Source: Hypanus sabinus (lineage: Eukaryota). From it: a DNA stretch of 64,000 nt. This document shows positions 62,101 through 64,000 of the stretch, piece by piece. The stretch covers positions 21,018,001 to 21,082,000 of the forward strand of contig NC_082731.1 of NCBI RefSeq assembly GCF_030144855.1, in the 5' to 3' direction. Position numbers and translations under genes: made by a program. Each line of letters starts with the position of its first letter. Within the stretch, counting starts at the first letter, position 1. The notes under the pieces are model-generated. The model searched no databases, was not told the origin of the DNA, and worked only from the letters and a program-made list of their open reading frames with translations.

Positions 62101-64000
62101 CTGTATTATTAATTAAGTGATGACTAAGTATTTCAAAGTACTGAGGAATTCATATTCTGTTGGGGGGTGGCGGTTGGTAGTGCGAATGTCCCGGTTCATA
62201 ATTTTAACGTTCTGCTGTTTTACAACTCTATAAGCTCAATCCGCCTTGCTTTTATCTTGATGGGTTATTATTGAAGATATAGGATGAATGGAATGTGTGC
62301 CCTACAATTAGGATGATATAACTTAGGGGAGGATTTACTGGTCAGGGACACCAAGATTCATCTTGGGACTTTGCTTCGTAGGGAGATGCATAAAGAAGGC
62401 GCTGGAGAGAACAGGTCATACGAATCGACCCAGAACGAAACCGTGATTCAATGAAGCCATTGCCCATGATGGGTTGAGGATCGGTGATTATGGTGAAACG
62501 GTGAGCACCAACTTGTGCATCTTCTACATTTTAACTAAGTTGGCTCCTTCACTTTCTGTTTTATCTTTACTAACTATTCTGTTAAATTAAGATTCGTAAA
62601 TATAATCCTTTTAAACGTATGCGAGGTACTGTTTGCCATTTCTTAGCACCAATTTGTTACGGCAAAAAAAAGTTACACCACACGGTTTCGGGGTGGGAGA
62701 GTAGTTTGAATCGGGATTGGACTGTGTCTTCCCGAGACATACATAGTCAAAGAAAGCAGGGGATTTCATTTGTGCTCAGCTTCAAGCTGTCTAAAATACA
62801 CTTTAAAAAATTCCAAATAAGGAACGCTTTTAAAAAATGAATCCTGTCCAGTGCGATGCAGAGTCCACACTTAAAAAAGCTAAATCTGGGTTAGATATAC
62901 AAATACTGTAAGCGGAATCATGGTTTCTGCTGTCCCGCGTTTCAGATGGTAGAGTCTGTAAGCAAAACGGCACCGAACGTATTTGTTGAAGAGGCAGACC
63001 ACTTGGGAAGAACAGGGGGCTGGACTCAGCAGCCTCCGATGATATTGCTGTCTGTTATTTTGCAGGGAGTTCTTCAAATTGGCTTCCATAGACTTCCAGC
63101 GGCTTCAGACGACAACAGAACTTCGGTTTTTCAGCAAACAGGAAGAGTATAAGACATAAGAGCAGAAGAAGCAGATTAAGAATGAACAGAGTTTTTCCCC
63201 ATTGCGTCCCCTCCGTCATTGTATCATGGTCATTTTTTATCCATAATAATCAATTGTTCAGTATTCTCACCGTAATCTTTAACGCCCTGACAAATATAAA
63301 AACAAATGAAAACGAAAGAAAAAAATACTGTTGCCTTCCGCTTTAAGCATATTGGATTTCTTGGGAATGACAAATGAAATCCATAATTTCACCAATCCCT
63401 GGCTGAAGAAATTCCACCTCAGATATATTCTAAAACGACCTCTGAATATTGAGTCAGCGCCTTCCAATCTTAGACACACAAATGGTGATAGCATCCTCGT
63501 TACAGCCACTTTATTTATACCTTTCAATATTTTATACAGTTCAATGAGATTCCCCTTCCCCTTCTTTCATCTGAACTCCATCGAATACTGGCGCATCGTC
63601 ATCGAGAGCTGAGGGGAGATTCCCAAACCAGCACATCTTTGCTGCCAAAGTTGTTCGCAAACTGCACACAGTTATCTAAATAGAACACTCGCAGCTTGGA
63701 GCCCTTCTCGGCAAACGAAAGCTTTGAAAACCAAACGGATCCTGTCTCGGAAGGATATCTGCAGAAGTGTGGTGCAGTGATATAAACAACGTCTCAGAAG
63801 GGTTTCTGATCAATCCAATGCTGAAGTAGCACTCGACATGGCATCTCCGTGTTTTTTTCAGTTCTCAGTTGGTCCTCTTCAGGCAGAGTATTTCGTAGAT
63901 GGGAGGATTCTTAGCGGTGTGGATGAACTGAGGCATTTTGACATACACATGTATAGATGAATCAAGATTACCGCGCAATTTGAGAGGACTGTTAAGAAAG

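Larger units (their letters stand above)
58040..64000 (+). repeat. Segmental duplication copy D, lacking the V and with a second internal deletion
   Basis: 58300-58560 ~ rc 49030-48780; 59092-59950 ~ rc 46093-45150 and 1-740; 60050-64000 ~ rc 39500-36150. Confidence 0.8.

Noticed and set aside
1-64000. The many 60-130 aa ORFs in the track; also D/J/C segments, tRNA/rRNA genes and CRISPR arrays
   Set aside because: The ORFs are antisense or alternative frames of retroelements, or random AT-rich frames without recognisable motifs. I saw no 12-RSS with FGxG J motif, no C exon, no RNA gene and no repeat-spacer array.

Overview
Eukaryotic, AT-rich, repeat-dense vertebrate DNA. The repeat families and V-gene style suggest a cartilaginous fish, probably a ray (inference). 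The only host genes I can support are two apparently intact T-cell receptor alpha/delta-type V segments of one family, at 28601-29075 (-) and 46413-46887 (+). Each has a 46-nt leader exon, a 126-nt GT-AG intron, a 303-nt V exon with C23/W41/C104, and a 23-bp-spacer RSS. They lie head-to-head with their RSSs facing outward. Both sit in a roughly 15-20 kb V cassette that occurs as five partial copies in alternating orientation: A 1-8.2 kb, B 26.3-35.85 kb, C 36.15-49.3 kb, E 49.5-51.05 kb, D 58.0-64 kb. Copy D has lost its V by deletion, E never reaches one, and A predicts a V just left of the window. The rest is nested retroelements. These are a near full-length CR1 LINE split by a full-length L1 (15-bp TSD), a young 5'-truncated CR1 about 400 bp upstream of the minus-strand V, a complete Gmr1-like Gypsy element (PR-IN-RT order, tRNA-Pro-like PBS, 4-bp TSD), and chromodomain-Gypsy, Penelope-like, Rex/Babar and V-SINE remnants. 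There is one 151-N gap. I found no D, J or C segments, tRNA/rRNA genes or CRISPR arrays. All alignments were done by eye, so repeat boundaries are approximate unless a TSD is quoted. The most novel-looking signal is a 25-bp invariant, CTCF-like, hairpin-forming element just downstream of both RSSs.
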